DNA of 64,000 bases from Trichodelitschia bisporula (GCA_010356995.1 ML996692.1:755933-819932), one strand, 5' to 3'. Counted from the first letter of the stretch, positions 25,334-37,962 are shown. Translations and numbers: made by a program. Notes: generated by a model not told the origin, from the sequence alone.

Positions 25334-26035
25334 GGTCCTGTTTTGCAACCCTATGCAGCAGCAGATGCAGTAAGCTTGGCACTTATTTCTGCACAGTTTC
25401 TGCCGGGCTTGGCGCTGCAGATCGGCAATACACCTTATGTCTCTGCTTCGATCAGGTAGCTGTGGCTGAAAAAAGCAATTCTGCAGTAAACCCCTGTCCG
25501 CAGACATCCCACCGCTCCCGTGCCCCCAAATCTTCCTAATACGGTTAGCAGCTGCAGATTCTACTCTCTGTAGCTTTATGCTCGAATTTTGAGCATATTC
25601 CCCCCCAAAGCTGCAGATCCGAAGGGCCTAGCCAATCATAGCCGCAAGTCTTTCAACCTATTAGACGTACGCCAGAACCTACCAAATCCTTCAGCAATTT
25701 TAGTGCATTAAAAAATAGGGCATATTGTTTCCCTCATCAATGCGATTCAAATGAGCTATATACCCAATTTATTGAACCACATCTCGCGAAGATATCGCGA
25801 TTGTAGTAAAGATGCCTCAATTTGATGTTCGACCCCCGGTCAGCGCCAAGCCCCCATCAGCTCACTCAGCCCAAGGGGCCCTCACGTCATGACTCGGATA
25901 ATGGATACTCCGTACTCCACACCGCTCTCCACATCGCTCTCTACATTTGATGCCTGAGCCGTAAGGCATTCGGCGCTAGTAGGTATTTTATGGGGCTTCT
26001 GCATCTGCAGCTGCAGAGGGTTGCGAAACAGGACC
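25334..26035. mobile_element. Non-autonomous DNA transposon (MITE), PIF/Harbinger (Tourist)-like
   Basis: 37-bp TIRs matching 34/37: left GGTCCTGTTTTGCAACCCTATGCAGCAGCAGATGCAG, right reverse complement GGTCCTGTTTCGCAACCCTCTGCAGCTGCAGATGCAG. TAA flanks both ends (25331-25333, 26036-26038). No transposase ORF; interior more AT-rich than flanks. Confidence 0.85.
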
Positions 26036-28437
26036 TAAGGCGCACTGCTAAGCAGCGGTCCGTCCCCGTGAGCCAATGCTTTCCCCGCTCGAGGCGCCGA
26101 AGACGTATTGTCAAGCCAATGATTGAACAGCAATATGTGCCTCTTATTCGATTCTGGCATGAAGGACTGGCCGGGCTTTCTTCACAATCATCACCGCAAG
26201 CTTGCAAACAATGCCCCACGGCTTGCGAGCCATTGCCCACGAGACTAACAAGACTGAAAAGCCTCCACGCGGAGCGTTTTGCTGTCAACGATACGACGCT
26301 ACACGAAGTTTGTCGCAGTAACAAAACTCAGCCCTACGTTGAGGTGCGCGTCTCTGGCTCTTCCGGTGCAACCTCAACTTCAGCTGTGGCACTAAAGGGT
26401 GCCGAATGCGGCGAGCACGCTTTTATTTCGTTAATTTCCCGACAAACACCAACATATCGAGGCTGGAGAGGTCTCAGAGCAAATACCTCGGACGTTGAGG
26501 TCTAGCGGAGTACGTACTCACCAATCTACGACTCATAGCCCATCGCGGCCCTACTAGTGGCAGGCTCGCTAACTCGCCGGTCCAAGAATAGCTTTACAAA
26601 AGCCGAAGGATCAGATATCTTCCGTACCTGGCTAGTCTGAGCACTTGTGCGTCCTCACGGGCCGGCAGGTCGGCCGGAATATTGACTTTTAGCGATGTGA
26701 TATGGCGCTGCAAGTGGCCACGGCGACGTGACGACAGACGTTGGCGGTGCGGGGTGAAGACCGCCACAGTGCGCCGGCTACAAATCAGAAGGTGGTTGGC
26801 AGCGACGCCGGCACGAGGATGGCGGTCGAGACGGTGACTAGCGGGAGGCATGACCGGCATCGACCGCCTCGTGCGCGGTGATGGTGACGAGGTCGCAGAT
26901 ATGCGGCCAATTGAGCCGAAGCCGCATTGCCGTGAATCACAGCAGAAATGCAAGCCCGGTTGCAAGTTCGGCCACTTCAGGGTGAACCGGCCAAGCGAGT
27001 GTGAAAGATGGCTCGCTGACGGCTGCGGGCCGGACTGGGCTGACATGCCACGACCAGGTTTGCGATGTTTGTATCACTTGCATTTCCCCATGGAAGGCCC
27101 GGGCGAAGGCACGAGCATCGATGCTGTAATGTCGCATGGTAGGTGGAATCAAAGACGAAAAGACAAGGCTGTGGGTTGGGTGGGATCTGGAAAAAAAAAG
27201 CAGAAAAGAAAGTGGCCCAACATGCAACCGCCTGCATGCGCTGCAGCTCCGGAACGCTGTGAACGCTTCCAGTATATCCTCTCTGGCTTGGTTCCCCTCT
27301 TTTTTTTGCTCCAGGGACACTGTGATATCTCCCAGGATATGTTCCGGGATGGGATAACCCTACACAGGCACACTATCACGGCCACGCTGGCCTCGGCGGC
27401 AGCTACCCCGGCGTGTGCTACGTACACACCCATCCAGCGTCCTGCCGAAACAGGTCTCCGGGATCCCGAGGAAGAAAAGCATGCGAACCCAGGCTTCGGC
27501 TTTTCGGCCCTTTTGTCATGCGATTGAGTACTCATCTCGGAGCCGTATCGCTAGTATCTGTCATAGCGAACGAACGAGGGGCGTAGGCCTCGCACTTGGG
27601 GCTTTTGAAAAGCCGTTTTGGTGGTCCAAGGTCAGCGAGCCTTTCATCACGTCTCCCTTCCAAATCCAAGAAGCGCCCGGCAAGTGGGCATACCGGGGGT
27701 GGCTGGCTCACGGAAACCAACCACGATGCAGTGCAGGGGTGGCACATCCCTTCCACTGCGGGTGTCTGTGCGCCATCAGCCCCCGGCGGCAGCGCGGGAC
27801 GGACCTACGATTCGCCAAAGCCTACGCGCCCGCCACCTGCGAGATGCAAAAGACGAGATGTTGGGCGGTGCGGGGGATTCCTTGTCCCCTTGCGCGAGAG
27901 GATGGGCGCTTTTGCGGTGCGCCCCTGCCGCCCCAAGATGAAGCCCTCAGCGCTTCCCTAGCCTAGCCGAGAGAAAGTGAGGACACACGGCGTGAGAACC
28001 GAATCGGCAACGCTGTAGCCCGCGTCTTGGAGAGAGAGAAAGACTTGCGTTTTGCGCATGACCTAGCCTGCCGTAAAAGTACCCCCCACTGGGCCCAATC
28101 ATGACGCCGGCGTTCCCGCGCCCTGCAGATTGCCCACTGCATGCCCGCCTTGCTCACTTCATATACCCGCTGTGAGCTCGCTCCCGGTCCTAAAGCATTT
28201 GTCGCCCATACCCCCCCCAGGCCCCGCGTTTGTGCTTCATCTCGCGTTTGTACCTGGAAGTGCTGCTTAATTGCCCTCTCCTGCCCGTTTGTCAGTGTGT
28301 GACCTGACGATCTCAATACCCCCGCCCCCGCAAACCACGAGCGCATCGCAATCTCGACGCTGGTTCCGATCGTTCCAGCTCGCAGTCGTCATATGCCGTT
28401 TCCCTCATAGCTTCGTCTCGCGACCTGCTCCAGCATC

Positions 28438-28986
28438 ATGGGCAAACTGATTAAGAACCATTGGGCGCGCCTGATCATCTTGACCGCGGCAGCATGTACG
28501 ATATTCTCGCGCAAGCAACCCTCAAAATGACGGAAAAGAAAACTAACCTGTTACCAGACCAAATCGCCGCTGCGCTCGAAGGCTTCTTCTGGCCCAAGTT
28601 CTTCTGGGATTTCAGCACAAAAAACTTCGACGGCGCTGTCAAGCCCGTACCCATCCTACAAATCCTCAACCTCCTCTTTGGCGTCGTTGGCTTGGCCTAC
28701 GAGTGGCCGCTCAAGTTCTTCGCCGGCACGCTGCTACACCGCTCCATCGAACTGCGCCTCTTCCTCTTCCCACTATTCGCCCTCGCCTCCATCCTAATGT
28801 ATCAGAGCACAAACGCTGGCCTATACTACCTCATTGGCGAGGGAATATACCTCTGGGCCTACTCCGATGGCGAGGTACGTCTGACATGGTTCCGCCAAAT
28901 GTTCAGAAACTGACAATTATCGATAGATCGTCTGTGATCAGCCGTGGACCGTTCCCAGGAGGAAAAGGATTCCGGAAGAAGTCTGA
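28438..28986 (+). CDS. noxD: NoxD/Pro41, fungal p22phox homolog (ER membrane)
   Basis: Spliced protein MGKLIKNHWARLIILTAAAYQIAAALEGFFWPKFFWDF...VKPVPILQILNL...EWPL...LMYQSTNAGLYYLIG...WAYSDGEIVCDQPWTVP matches the remembered Pro41/NoxD family pattern. Introns 28496-28557 and 28875-28926. The true start is missing from the ORF track. Confidence 0.9.
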
Positions 28987-29584
28987 TACGCCAACGTTTT
29001 GATACTTCGACCTTCCTGTACATAATTGCATGGTCTTGTTTGCGAGGCATAGCGCGGAGTTTTGCATTTTCGGATTCTCGGGAAACCTGGTGGCGACTAG
29101 CATCGGGGAACGATGCATATGTCGAAAGATGGATGGCTTGTGATACCTTGGGACGAGGACGTTTTGCGGTTAGATACCCCGACGTCTTGGGCGGCTGCTC
29201 TGCCCTCAGGCATTGAGCTTAGTATAGTAATAAGATATGTACCAATACCCAGCACTTCACATGTGAAGATATCACAACGGAGACTGGCCACGGTACTGAT
29301 CAAAGCATTGCTCATATTCTGCCCTGTAATGTCTGAACTGGGAAGAGATGATGAGTAACAGAGTCAGCATTTAGGGCACCGCTGAGCATTGTTAAAGACT
29401 CATGTACATCTTCACCCTCGTTCCGATATCCATGAACTCCAAGTCCCTTGTCATAACACCGTAGTGCTGTAAAACTTCCAAACCACACTTGGGGAATTGC
29501 CATCGAATTGTCTTGAATGAGGAGTCGTTGGACCGGCGACGATCAAACTCATTATGGCGTGAGGTGCTGGCCGCCAACAAACGT

Positions 29585-30352
29585 TCAGCGGTCCTTCTTC
29601 GGCGTGGGCTCGGCAACGACCTTCTCGTCGCTGAGTCTATTGTACTCGCGCTGGAAGCCCTCGCCCTGCGACTTGAGGTTGGCAATGTCGCGGTTGGCCG
29701 CCTCGAGCTGCTTCTTGAGCTGCGCAACCTCTGCGCCACTGCCGCCCTTGCCGCTCCGATGAGCCTTGACCTCCTCTTCCAGACGGAGGACCTCAAGAAT
29801 CATGACGTAGGTGCGGTTCAGGATCAAGGAGAGGAACAGAGTGAAGCCGCAGAGGTACATGTTGCGCTGCGAGTAGAACTTGCGAGCCTGAACTTCCATG
29901 CGAGCAGAACCACCGAGGACGTCGGCGCTATTAAGTCAGTCAGTATAGCTTCTTTGAGAGGTGCAAGGGGTGCATCATACCCGGAGCCCCGATTGTCCTT
30001 TTGCGCTGCCGCAAGCTCCATCTGAACGCGGTAGACGCGATTGACGCTGTCGATGAAGAGTATGAGAATGAAGATGAAGGTAATCTGTCACCAGTTAATC
30101 CGTGCCTTCCGCAAAAGGTGAACCCGGATCTACCTTCAAGCCATACTGCAGCTTCGCTATGAGCGGGTTCTCGGAGATGAAGGTAAAGAGTTTCCGACGC
30201 CAAGTAAACGGCATGGGGATGATGAGAGCCATGAAGATGAACATCTCGGACACGAGGAGGAGAAACACCTGTCACGGAGTTGTTAGTCGCCCACTTTGAA
30301 GCTTAGGCTACAGGTAAACAAAACAACGTACGAGGCTGTAGTAGAGCGTCAT
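29585..30352 (-). CDS. BAP31/BAP29 (Yet3-like) ER membrane cargo receptor
   Basis: MTLYYSLVF start, three TMs, LFIDSVNRV, ARKFYSQRNMYLCGFTLFLSL, coiled coil, C-terminal KKDR (KKxx ER retrieval); three introns. Confidence 0.92.
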
Positions 30353-30718
30353 GGTTGCGGTTGTGTTCTGAAGATCTTGTGTGAGGAGGGGATTTTGAAT
30401 CGAAGACCTAGACTTATGGGCACTGGATGAAGTTGACTTGAGGTGGAGTTGGGGAAGTTGGAGCAAAAGGACAGCTGGAGGTGGTGCGCCAGGCAAACAA
30501 GATGGTTTTCCATGTGTCGACGTCACAGCAAGCTAGGTTTGGGCCAGGGGCGGGCACGTGCAATCCTCGGCTTGCTGCAAGAACAATTTTCCCGCACCTT
30601 CGGCAGTTGCCGTCTGCAAACTTGTACTTCAAGATAATTCGATTCCTTCAATTGATTGCATTTGCCTTTCGATCAATCATCGAGAGATAAAACGTCTCTG
30701 GAAGTAAATCGGTCCGAA

Positions 30719-33216
30719 ATGGAGATCGATTCAGTTCCGAAGAACGGCGAAACCCACGAGGCCGAAGAGTCCCACGCGCCTCCCGCAAAGCGAATGAAGC
30801 TGGACGCGGACGACGGCCAAGCAGCAGTTGTAGCCATAAACGGTGCTAGCGATGCTGCTTCTAGCAGCCAGCAAACTCAAACCAACCCGCAGGCCGAAGT
30901 ACCCATGGACGATCGAGATTCTCAGAAAGGCGTGGCACCTATCAAAGCAGAGTAAGTCAGGCCAACTCCAACTCGGCTCAGCGCAAAACCTCGCGGTCAG
31001 GGTTTAGAAAGGCCGTCGGGCTTCGTCAATGCCGTCTAGTAGTAGAATCAGGATCTTTGTCTACCTTCGGTGACACCATAGCCTATATACAACTCAGCAT
31101 GCGCAAAAGCTCTGGCCGCGAGGTGCAGTTAAGCGCAAAAAATGCAGTTTATATTGTCCCGGAAAGCCTGGAAGCTTACACTGTCCAGATATCTGATCCC
31201 GCGTAACCAAGTACCGGTATCAGATGCTGCCGACGATGACGCTGCCGAGGCATCCACGCTTCTTGAAAGTGGCTCCAAGGGCGGCGACATGCGGAAGAAG
31301 GGGAAAAAGAAGGAGAGCGGCCAGAACAAGAACCGCCAGTATGGTACCTGGGGTGATAGTATCCAACTCTGCAATTCGCGGGCTCTGGCTCCTCAGTTTT
31401 CACCGAAGCAGTGTCCCTACGGAGAGAAATGCAGACTTGAGCACGATCTCATGAAGTACCTCACCGAAGGGAAGCGTGAGAACCTTGAGACTTTGGGTGG
31501 AATATGCCCGATATGGCAGGCGAAGGGCCATTGCAATGCAGGCTGGAAGTGTCGTTGGGTTCACTCACACTCTACCAAGAGGATTCTCGAGGACGGAAGA
31601 GAGGAGCTTGTTCTGGTTGAGGACGAGGAGCGGAAGGCAAAGGCTGGCATCACGGACTCAAACAAGGACGAAAGCGACCTCTACAATGTTGTCGACATCC
31701 AGACTAAGATGAATCTGAGGAAGAAGAAGATCAAGACTCCCAAAGCCGACGTGTACGACAACTGGCTTACATCAACATGGAATGTTGGACTGGACAAAAA
31801 GCACAACAAGACAGCTGACGATGCCGAAGGCGCGAACGTGGACGTCGATGCGGAGAATAAGAAGGATGAACGTGCCCAATACGCAGAGCCTCCCCTTCTT
31901 CCCTCCGAGAAGAGGAGACTGTACTACGGGCCCGAAACTCCCGTGCTTGCTCCCCTTACCACGCAAGGTAACATGCCCTTCAGGCGGCTCTGCATCGATC
32001 TCGGCGCTCAACTCACCTGGTCCGAAATGGCAATGGGCATGCCACTGGTCTCCGGCGAAAAGGGCGAGTGGGCCCTGATCAAGGCTCACGCATCCGAAAT
32101 CACGCCGCCCAAGGTCATGAACCCAGGCATAGTCGCCGGCTACGACCAAGCGCGCGACCTGAAATTCGGCGTCCAAATCGCCGCCAACAAACCCTGGATC
32201 GCACTGAAAACCACCGAAATTCTCTCCACCCTCTGCCCGCGCATCCGCGCCATCGACCTCAACTGCGGCTGCCCAATCGACCTCGTCTACCGCTCAGGCG
32301 CCGGCTCCGCGCTCCTCGACGCGCACGCCAAGCTCGAGAAGATCCTGCGCGGCATGAACGTCGTGTCTGGTGAAATCCCCATCACGGTCAAGATCCGCAT
32401 GGGTACCCGTGACAACAAGCCCACCGCTGACTCGCTGGTCCAGCGCCTCGTGCTCGGGGGCTCGGACTCGCGCGAGGCGGGGATGGGAGCTTGTGGTGTG
32501 GCGGCAATTACGCTGCATGGGCGGAGTCGGCAGCAGCGCTACACGCGCCGCGCGGACTGGGGGTACATTGCTGAGATTTCGAGCCTGATTTCGAGGTTGA
32601 AGACTGCGGGGGATGCGGTTGCGGATACGGCTGCTGAGGCGGATCCGCGCGGGCTGGCGAACGGGGGTAAGGTGTACTTCCTCGGCAATGGGGACTGCTA
32701 CTCGCACGTGGATTACCATTCGCATATCGCGGAGGCGAAGGTCGACTCCGTGATGGTGGGCCGCGGGGCGTTGATCAAGCCGTGGATCTTTGAGGAGATT
32801 GAGCAGGGACAGTACCTGGACAAGAGCGCGACAGAGCGCTTGGCGTACATTGAAAAGTTCGTAAAGTACGGGCTGGACACGTGGGGCGCGGATGAGATGG
32901 GTGTGGGCACCACCCGGCGCTTCTTGCTCGAGTGGTTGAGCTTCAGTTGTCGGTATGTGCCGCTTGGGATCCTGGAGCGCTTGCCCCCGCATATCAACGA
33001 TCGGCCGCCTCCCTTCAAGGGACGCAATGAGCTGGAGACGTTGCTCAGCTCTGGGAACTACAAGGACTGGATCAAGATCAGGTATGTGTCCGTCTGGCTA
33101 GGTGATTGCGGCCGCTGACTGTTGCTAGTGAGATGTTCCTCGGGCCGGCGCACAAGGACTTCAAGTTCACGCCGAAGCACAAGTCGAACAGCTATGAAAT
33201 TGAGGCGGAAGGCTAG
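30719..33216 (+). CDS. DUS3: tRNA-dihydrouridine(47) synthase
   Basis: [11 protein letters not shown] across intron 30952-31188, CCCH-like Zn fingers, [47 protein letters not shown]. Last intron ~33082-33128; ends [14 protein letters not shown]. Confidence 0.95.
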
Positions 33217-33295
33217 GAAGCGCAGGCCAACATATCCAGAGTCCACCGCAGCTCAGATTACCTCCCCGCAAGCAAAGCCTTATGCCACGTGTAAT

Positions 33296-34977
33296 CTACG
33301 CCCGTAACCTTACCTGCACCACCGGCCCATCCTTAACACTAGTAAACGTATCCCTAAGCCCAAAATCCCCTCCCCCACCCACGCCCCTCAACTCCACCTC
33401 CCACACCACCCTCGCAACCGCAATCCCCAACTCCGCATACGCCAGCCCCTTCCCCACACACCCGCGCGGCCCGATACTAAACGGCGCAAACGCCCCCTGC
33501 GCCTCAGCCAGGTACTCGGCGTACACCTCGCCGAGCCATCGGCCCGGGACAAACGCATCGGGCTCAGGGAAATACGCCCCATTGCGATGCAGTGCGTAAT
33601 GCGGCACACACACATCCACACCCCCGGGCACTCGGCACCCATCCACCTCCATCCCCGCCCCGAGCACCGTCCGCGGCAGCGCGCCCGGCACAGGCGGCGC
33701 GAGGCGCATCGCTTCGTCGATACACGCGCGCAGGAACCGGCACCCGGCCAAATCCCTCCCGAGCCCGATATCCTCAGCCCGAGCCCAGGCCTTGCGCACT
33801 TCATCGGCCACACGCGCCTGCGCCACCGGATCGTAGGCGAGGAAATGGATCGTCGCGGCCAGCGCTGTGGACGTGGTATCACTGCCTGCGATGATGAGCA
33901 GGTTACTCTCGCCCCACAGCTCGGCAGACGAAAAGCCGGCCCCCGTTTCAGGGTCGCGGGCGGCGAGGAGGTGGTGGAAGAAGTCCCGCCTCGTGGAGGC
34001 GGGTTGGGCGGCGCGGGCGGCGGACTGAGACCGGCTGTAGGCCATGTAGCGGGCGCGGCTGGCGGCGATGTGTGGGAAGAGGAGGGCGTCGAGATGCAGG
34101 TTGTGGATGGGGAGGTGCGTGCCGCACTGAGGGGGTTAGCTTGGGGGGGAGGAGCGGGCCTGGGGGCGGAGGGGGAGGAAGGAGGGACCCACGATCAGGT
34201 GCCGGTGCGCGGCGCTTTGCACCAGGGTTGTGGCGAAGCGGTCCGTCGGGCTGGTGAGCATGCCGAAGGCTTTGCCGAAGGCGAGGTCGCCCATGATGTC
34301 GAAGGCGAGGTAGTCAGCCCAGGGGGCGGCATTGATCGGGTTCGACCAGCCCTTCCCCTCCTCCACGCCCTTCCCACTATCAAACCCCTCCCGCAGGACC
34401 CGCACCGCCGTCGCAACATTCCCCATAATATACCTTTCATACTCCTTAATCGCAGCATCGGAAAACGCATGCGCGATGACGCGGCGCTTGCGCGCGTGCA
34501 CGCCCTTGTCAATCGCACTGTGCACGCTGACGGCCGAGGGCGTCGCGGGGAAGGCTTTGTAGAAGTCTGATTTTCGCACCGGGGCCTTGAAGCCGTAGAT
34601 GCTCTTCAGTGCTGTAGACGTGTTAAACGCGAGGGTGCTGGGGCCGACGCGTACGGGGGAGCCTGAGGGGAGATGAGCTCAGCCTTGCGGGGGGATGTTT
34701 TTTCGCTGCGGGGAAGAGCAACTGGACGACTGGACGCACCGTATTGGGCATGGCACCGCGCTAAATGCAGGTGCCGGTCGCCTTTCCAAGCATGGTAGGC
34801 GAGGTGGATGTTTGTTAGTTTGGCGAGGAGTGGGCCTGGGTACTTTGCGAGGGAGTGGAGGGCAAGGCTGTACACGATGACGCCAGCGAAGTACGCGGCG
34901 ACGAGGCCGATAGCCGTGGCAGCCAGCAGTGCGGGCGAGGACAGCAGTCGCTGCCCAACGTCAAGGAGGAAAGTCAT
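33296..34977 (-). CDS. Cytochrome P450 monooxygenase (substrate unknown)
   Basis: N-terminal TM anchor, YPGP, I-helix AGSDTT, EAMR (ExxR), PGRW (PERF-like), heme motif PFSIGPRGCVG; two introns. Confidence 0.92.
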
Positions 34978-36083
34978 GGTGGGCGGAAGCAAACTACGGA
35001 CTCGAGCGGCTGCGGGGGAAAAGCACGACCAGCGAGGCTCTGTTATATGTGCCCCGCACGCCCCGCTCGGGGGAGGTGAGACTCTTGGACGTCGCAGCGC
35101 ATTCAGCAGGTTATCAGTGCGCAAGGATTAAGTTGTGAAATGCTGCGATGCAATTGGACTCATGGCTTATCCCGTTGTCAGCTTTAAGGCTGTGGAATGC
35201 GGAGGTGCTCCTTCTGACCTGTTGAGGCTCCGCTTCGGTGCGCTTACCTGCGGAAAGCGGCGGTGGGCGCGGCTGGCGGGTTTGTCATGTGCTGGCAGCG
35301 CCGTGCGGGGAGATATGCCCAAGGGGCCGTTCCATTCTAACAGGATACCAGACGCGGGAAGAAGACGTCAGAGCGAAGATATCTACTTGCTATTAATGGA
35401 CTAAATCCCGTCTTAGGTAGCAAAGAGCAGCAGTAACAACAAGCCCGAAAGTGTAGCAGCAACTTCGAGCAGAAGACAAATCCGCCACTCAAGACACCGT
35501 CCGGTTTTATCTAGTCTAATCCGCCACAAGCAGAGCATCCAACCCACGAAAGCCCAGAGATTGGATATATCCGTTGAAAGCAAAGTCAAAACACCCGCAG
35601 CTTTTGATGACCATGAAGAGAGACACACCCGTTCCATGCCCTCTACAAGATATGTGCCCGTGTAGCAAACGCAACCCTCCGAAGCTGAAACTTCCGATCC
35701 GTATAAGCAATGCATCGAGCGAAAAACCCGCATATTACCGTAAGTAAACGCCATCCCATACTCGTAGAACACCGGAAACCGTAGAGACATAAGGCTGCAT
35801 TTCATGCTTTCCGTGGTTGACGAGAAGAGACATGCAAACATCCCAGAGCTCAACCGTAGCTGCATTCATGACAATGACGCATCAAACCGGGAGACCCGAT
35901 ACACCACCCGTCAAACCTCGAAAAGCTGTTGGTATGCGTACAAGACGCTTGCGTTTCCAAAAACCTCGCCTTCATCCGCTAGAAACGCGAAGTGAAAGAT
36001 GATAAAGCGACATGCGTAACCGATATCGTCGCTCGAAGCGATATGTAAGGTTGCCAGAGGACGAATACAAGTAAGTGCGGCGC

Positions 36084-37962
36084 TTAGAACATATTCGTGT
36101 CCCCCATGCCCACAAGGCCGGCACCCGCAATGTTGGCATTCGGGTTGAGTCCTTGCAGGTTGCCAAAGCTGGGCATGTTGAGGTGGATCTTCAGATCAGG
36201 ATTGCAGTGGGGTGAGTGCTGCCGATGGTACTTCAGGCCGTTCAAGTTCTTGTACCGCTTGCCGCAAACCTCACAGCGATACGGCTTTTCCTTTTCCATT
36301 CCGACAGTTCCAGGATAGGGAATGGAAGTCACTGGGTCAACGATCGAGAATGTGCCATCTTCGTTCTCCTTGAGCTTCTGGTTGGTGTGGCCATGCTGTG
36401 TGCTCTGTTAGTTATCATGATAGTCACGTTGCCAAGGACACCTACTTGTTTGTGATATTTGAGACCATTCTGGTTCTTGTAGGCCTTTTCACACCCGATG
36501 ACGGGGCACCGGAAAGGCTTGTTCTCCGGCTCTGGGAAGATCATACCGCCGGCCCCGCCAACCAGTTGTTGTTCACGCAGCTTCTTTGCCAACTCGCTGT
36601 CCATTCCGATGTGGCCATGCTTCAGAGCGTACTGCAGCTGTGCAGCGGTGATTGACCCGCCTTGCTTGCTGAAGAGGCGCTTCGCTGGGTCATCGATAGT
36701 CATGTCGTTGACATTGCCCGCAAGGTTGAACCCGATCGTGTTGAAATCCAGGTTGTCTTGAGACATCTGGTTGCCCATTTGCTGCATACCCATAGCCATC
36801 CCACCCATGTAACCTCCGGCAAATGCCTGGTCCAGTTCCGCCGGCGTTCCTGGGGCCGATGATTCTGGAGATATTCGGCTTTGCAACTGTTGGGTGGTCT
36901 GTGTGCTGAGAGCCGGGGTATTGACGGAGGAAACTGTGGGATTGTTGAAGAGCGAAAACGGCTGGGTCGTAGCTGGTGTGCTGGGAGTGGACGTCCGGAA
37001 CGCTTGCGGGGCCGGAACAGCGTTTGCGATGGACGTGTTCAGCGGAGTCATCCTAGACTCTTGCTGGCCGTAATGCGACCGATGTTGCGGGGCGACCGGA
37101 GTTGCGTCATCGAGCTCCATGTCATCCGCCGGGTCCATATCTTGCACAGTAGAAAGCTGGGTCCGATTGAACCCGTCGTTGGTCTGATTCACACGATTCG
37201 AAAGCCCGGATGTCGGGGCACGGGCTTGCGTAGGCGTCTGGAAACCCTGGAAATTGCGCAAGCTATCTGCAGGATTGATTCCGGTCGATGGCCGGCGATG
37301 CGAGGCAAAGGCGCCTTGAGTAGAGACGGACGTTCGGCGCGTGGTCTGGTTGTTCTGTTGCGCATGGTTTTCCTCGAAATGCTGCAGAAGGTCATGCAAA
37401 CTGTCGAGCGTTTCGCCGCAGCAGCTGTATCCAGAGAGATAGCTCGCTTCCTTTTTGGGGAGATAAGAGGACGAGTGGAGCGAAGGGGACTTTCCGAATG
37501 GAGTGGGCGACGTCCCAGCCATCATGACGCTAAGCAACTGTCAGTTTGTAATTCATCGGGACCATATCGCTCGAGGCTGGCACTTGACAAAAGTGCTGTG
37601 AAGACGTACTCATCGCGCACCCAGCTTCCCACAGAAACACCTCCCCAACTCATGCCTCCTACTAGGCTCCCAGCAGTATTGCTCTCTCTTCGTGCACGAT
37701 CTTTCATTGATATTGGCCTCGCGCCAGACCCGTAGTATGATGATCCCAGATGGTTGCTAATGGAGTCATGGCGGCCTCCGACACTCAGTCGACCGCTGTC
37801 GGTAGGAGGTTTGAAGTCGTAGTTGATTGCTGGTGACTGCTGGCCGGCTGCAGCGGCTTCTTGGAGCCCCAGTGTGAGAGTAGAGGTGTGATTACGCGGC
37901 GAAGTCGAAGACCGAAACTGTCCCGAGCGGGAAATATCAATGGGTGCTGCGGATGCAGCCAT
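36084..37962 (-). CDS. SFP1: Split C2H2 zinc-finger transcription factor Sfp1
   Basis: N-terminal GGMSWGGVSVGSW, YSCCGETLDSLHDLLQHFEENH, KPFRCPVIGCEKAYKNQNGLKYH and KPYRCEVCGKRYKNLNGLKYH; two introns. Start codon uncertain. Confidence 0.9.

Noticed and set aside
26594..28346. Several 100-225 aa ORFs between the MITE and noxD
   Set aside because: No recognisable motifs, overlapping on both strands, no gene-like splice pattern; expected by chance in GC-rich DNA.
29347..29390. C/D snoRNA-like boxes (ATGATGA...CTGA) between noxD and BAP31
   Set aside because: Spacing too short, no terminal stem, no convincing rRNA-complementary guide.
33296..34977. P450 as part of a secondary-metabolite cluster
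   Set aside because: No PKS, NRPS, terpene synthase, transporter or Zn2Cys6 regulator nearby; flanked by housekeeping genes.
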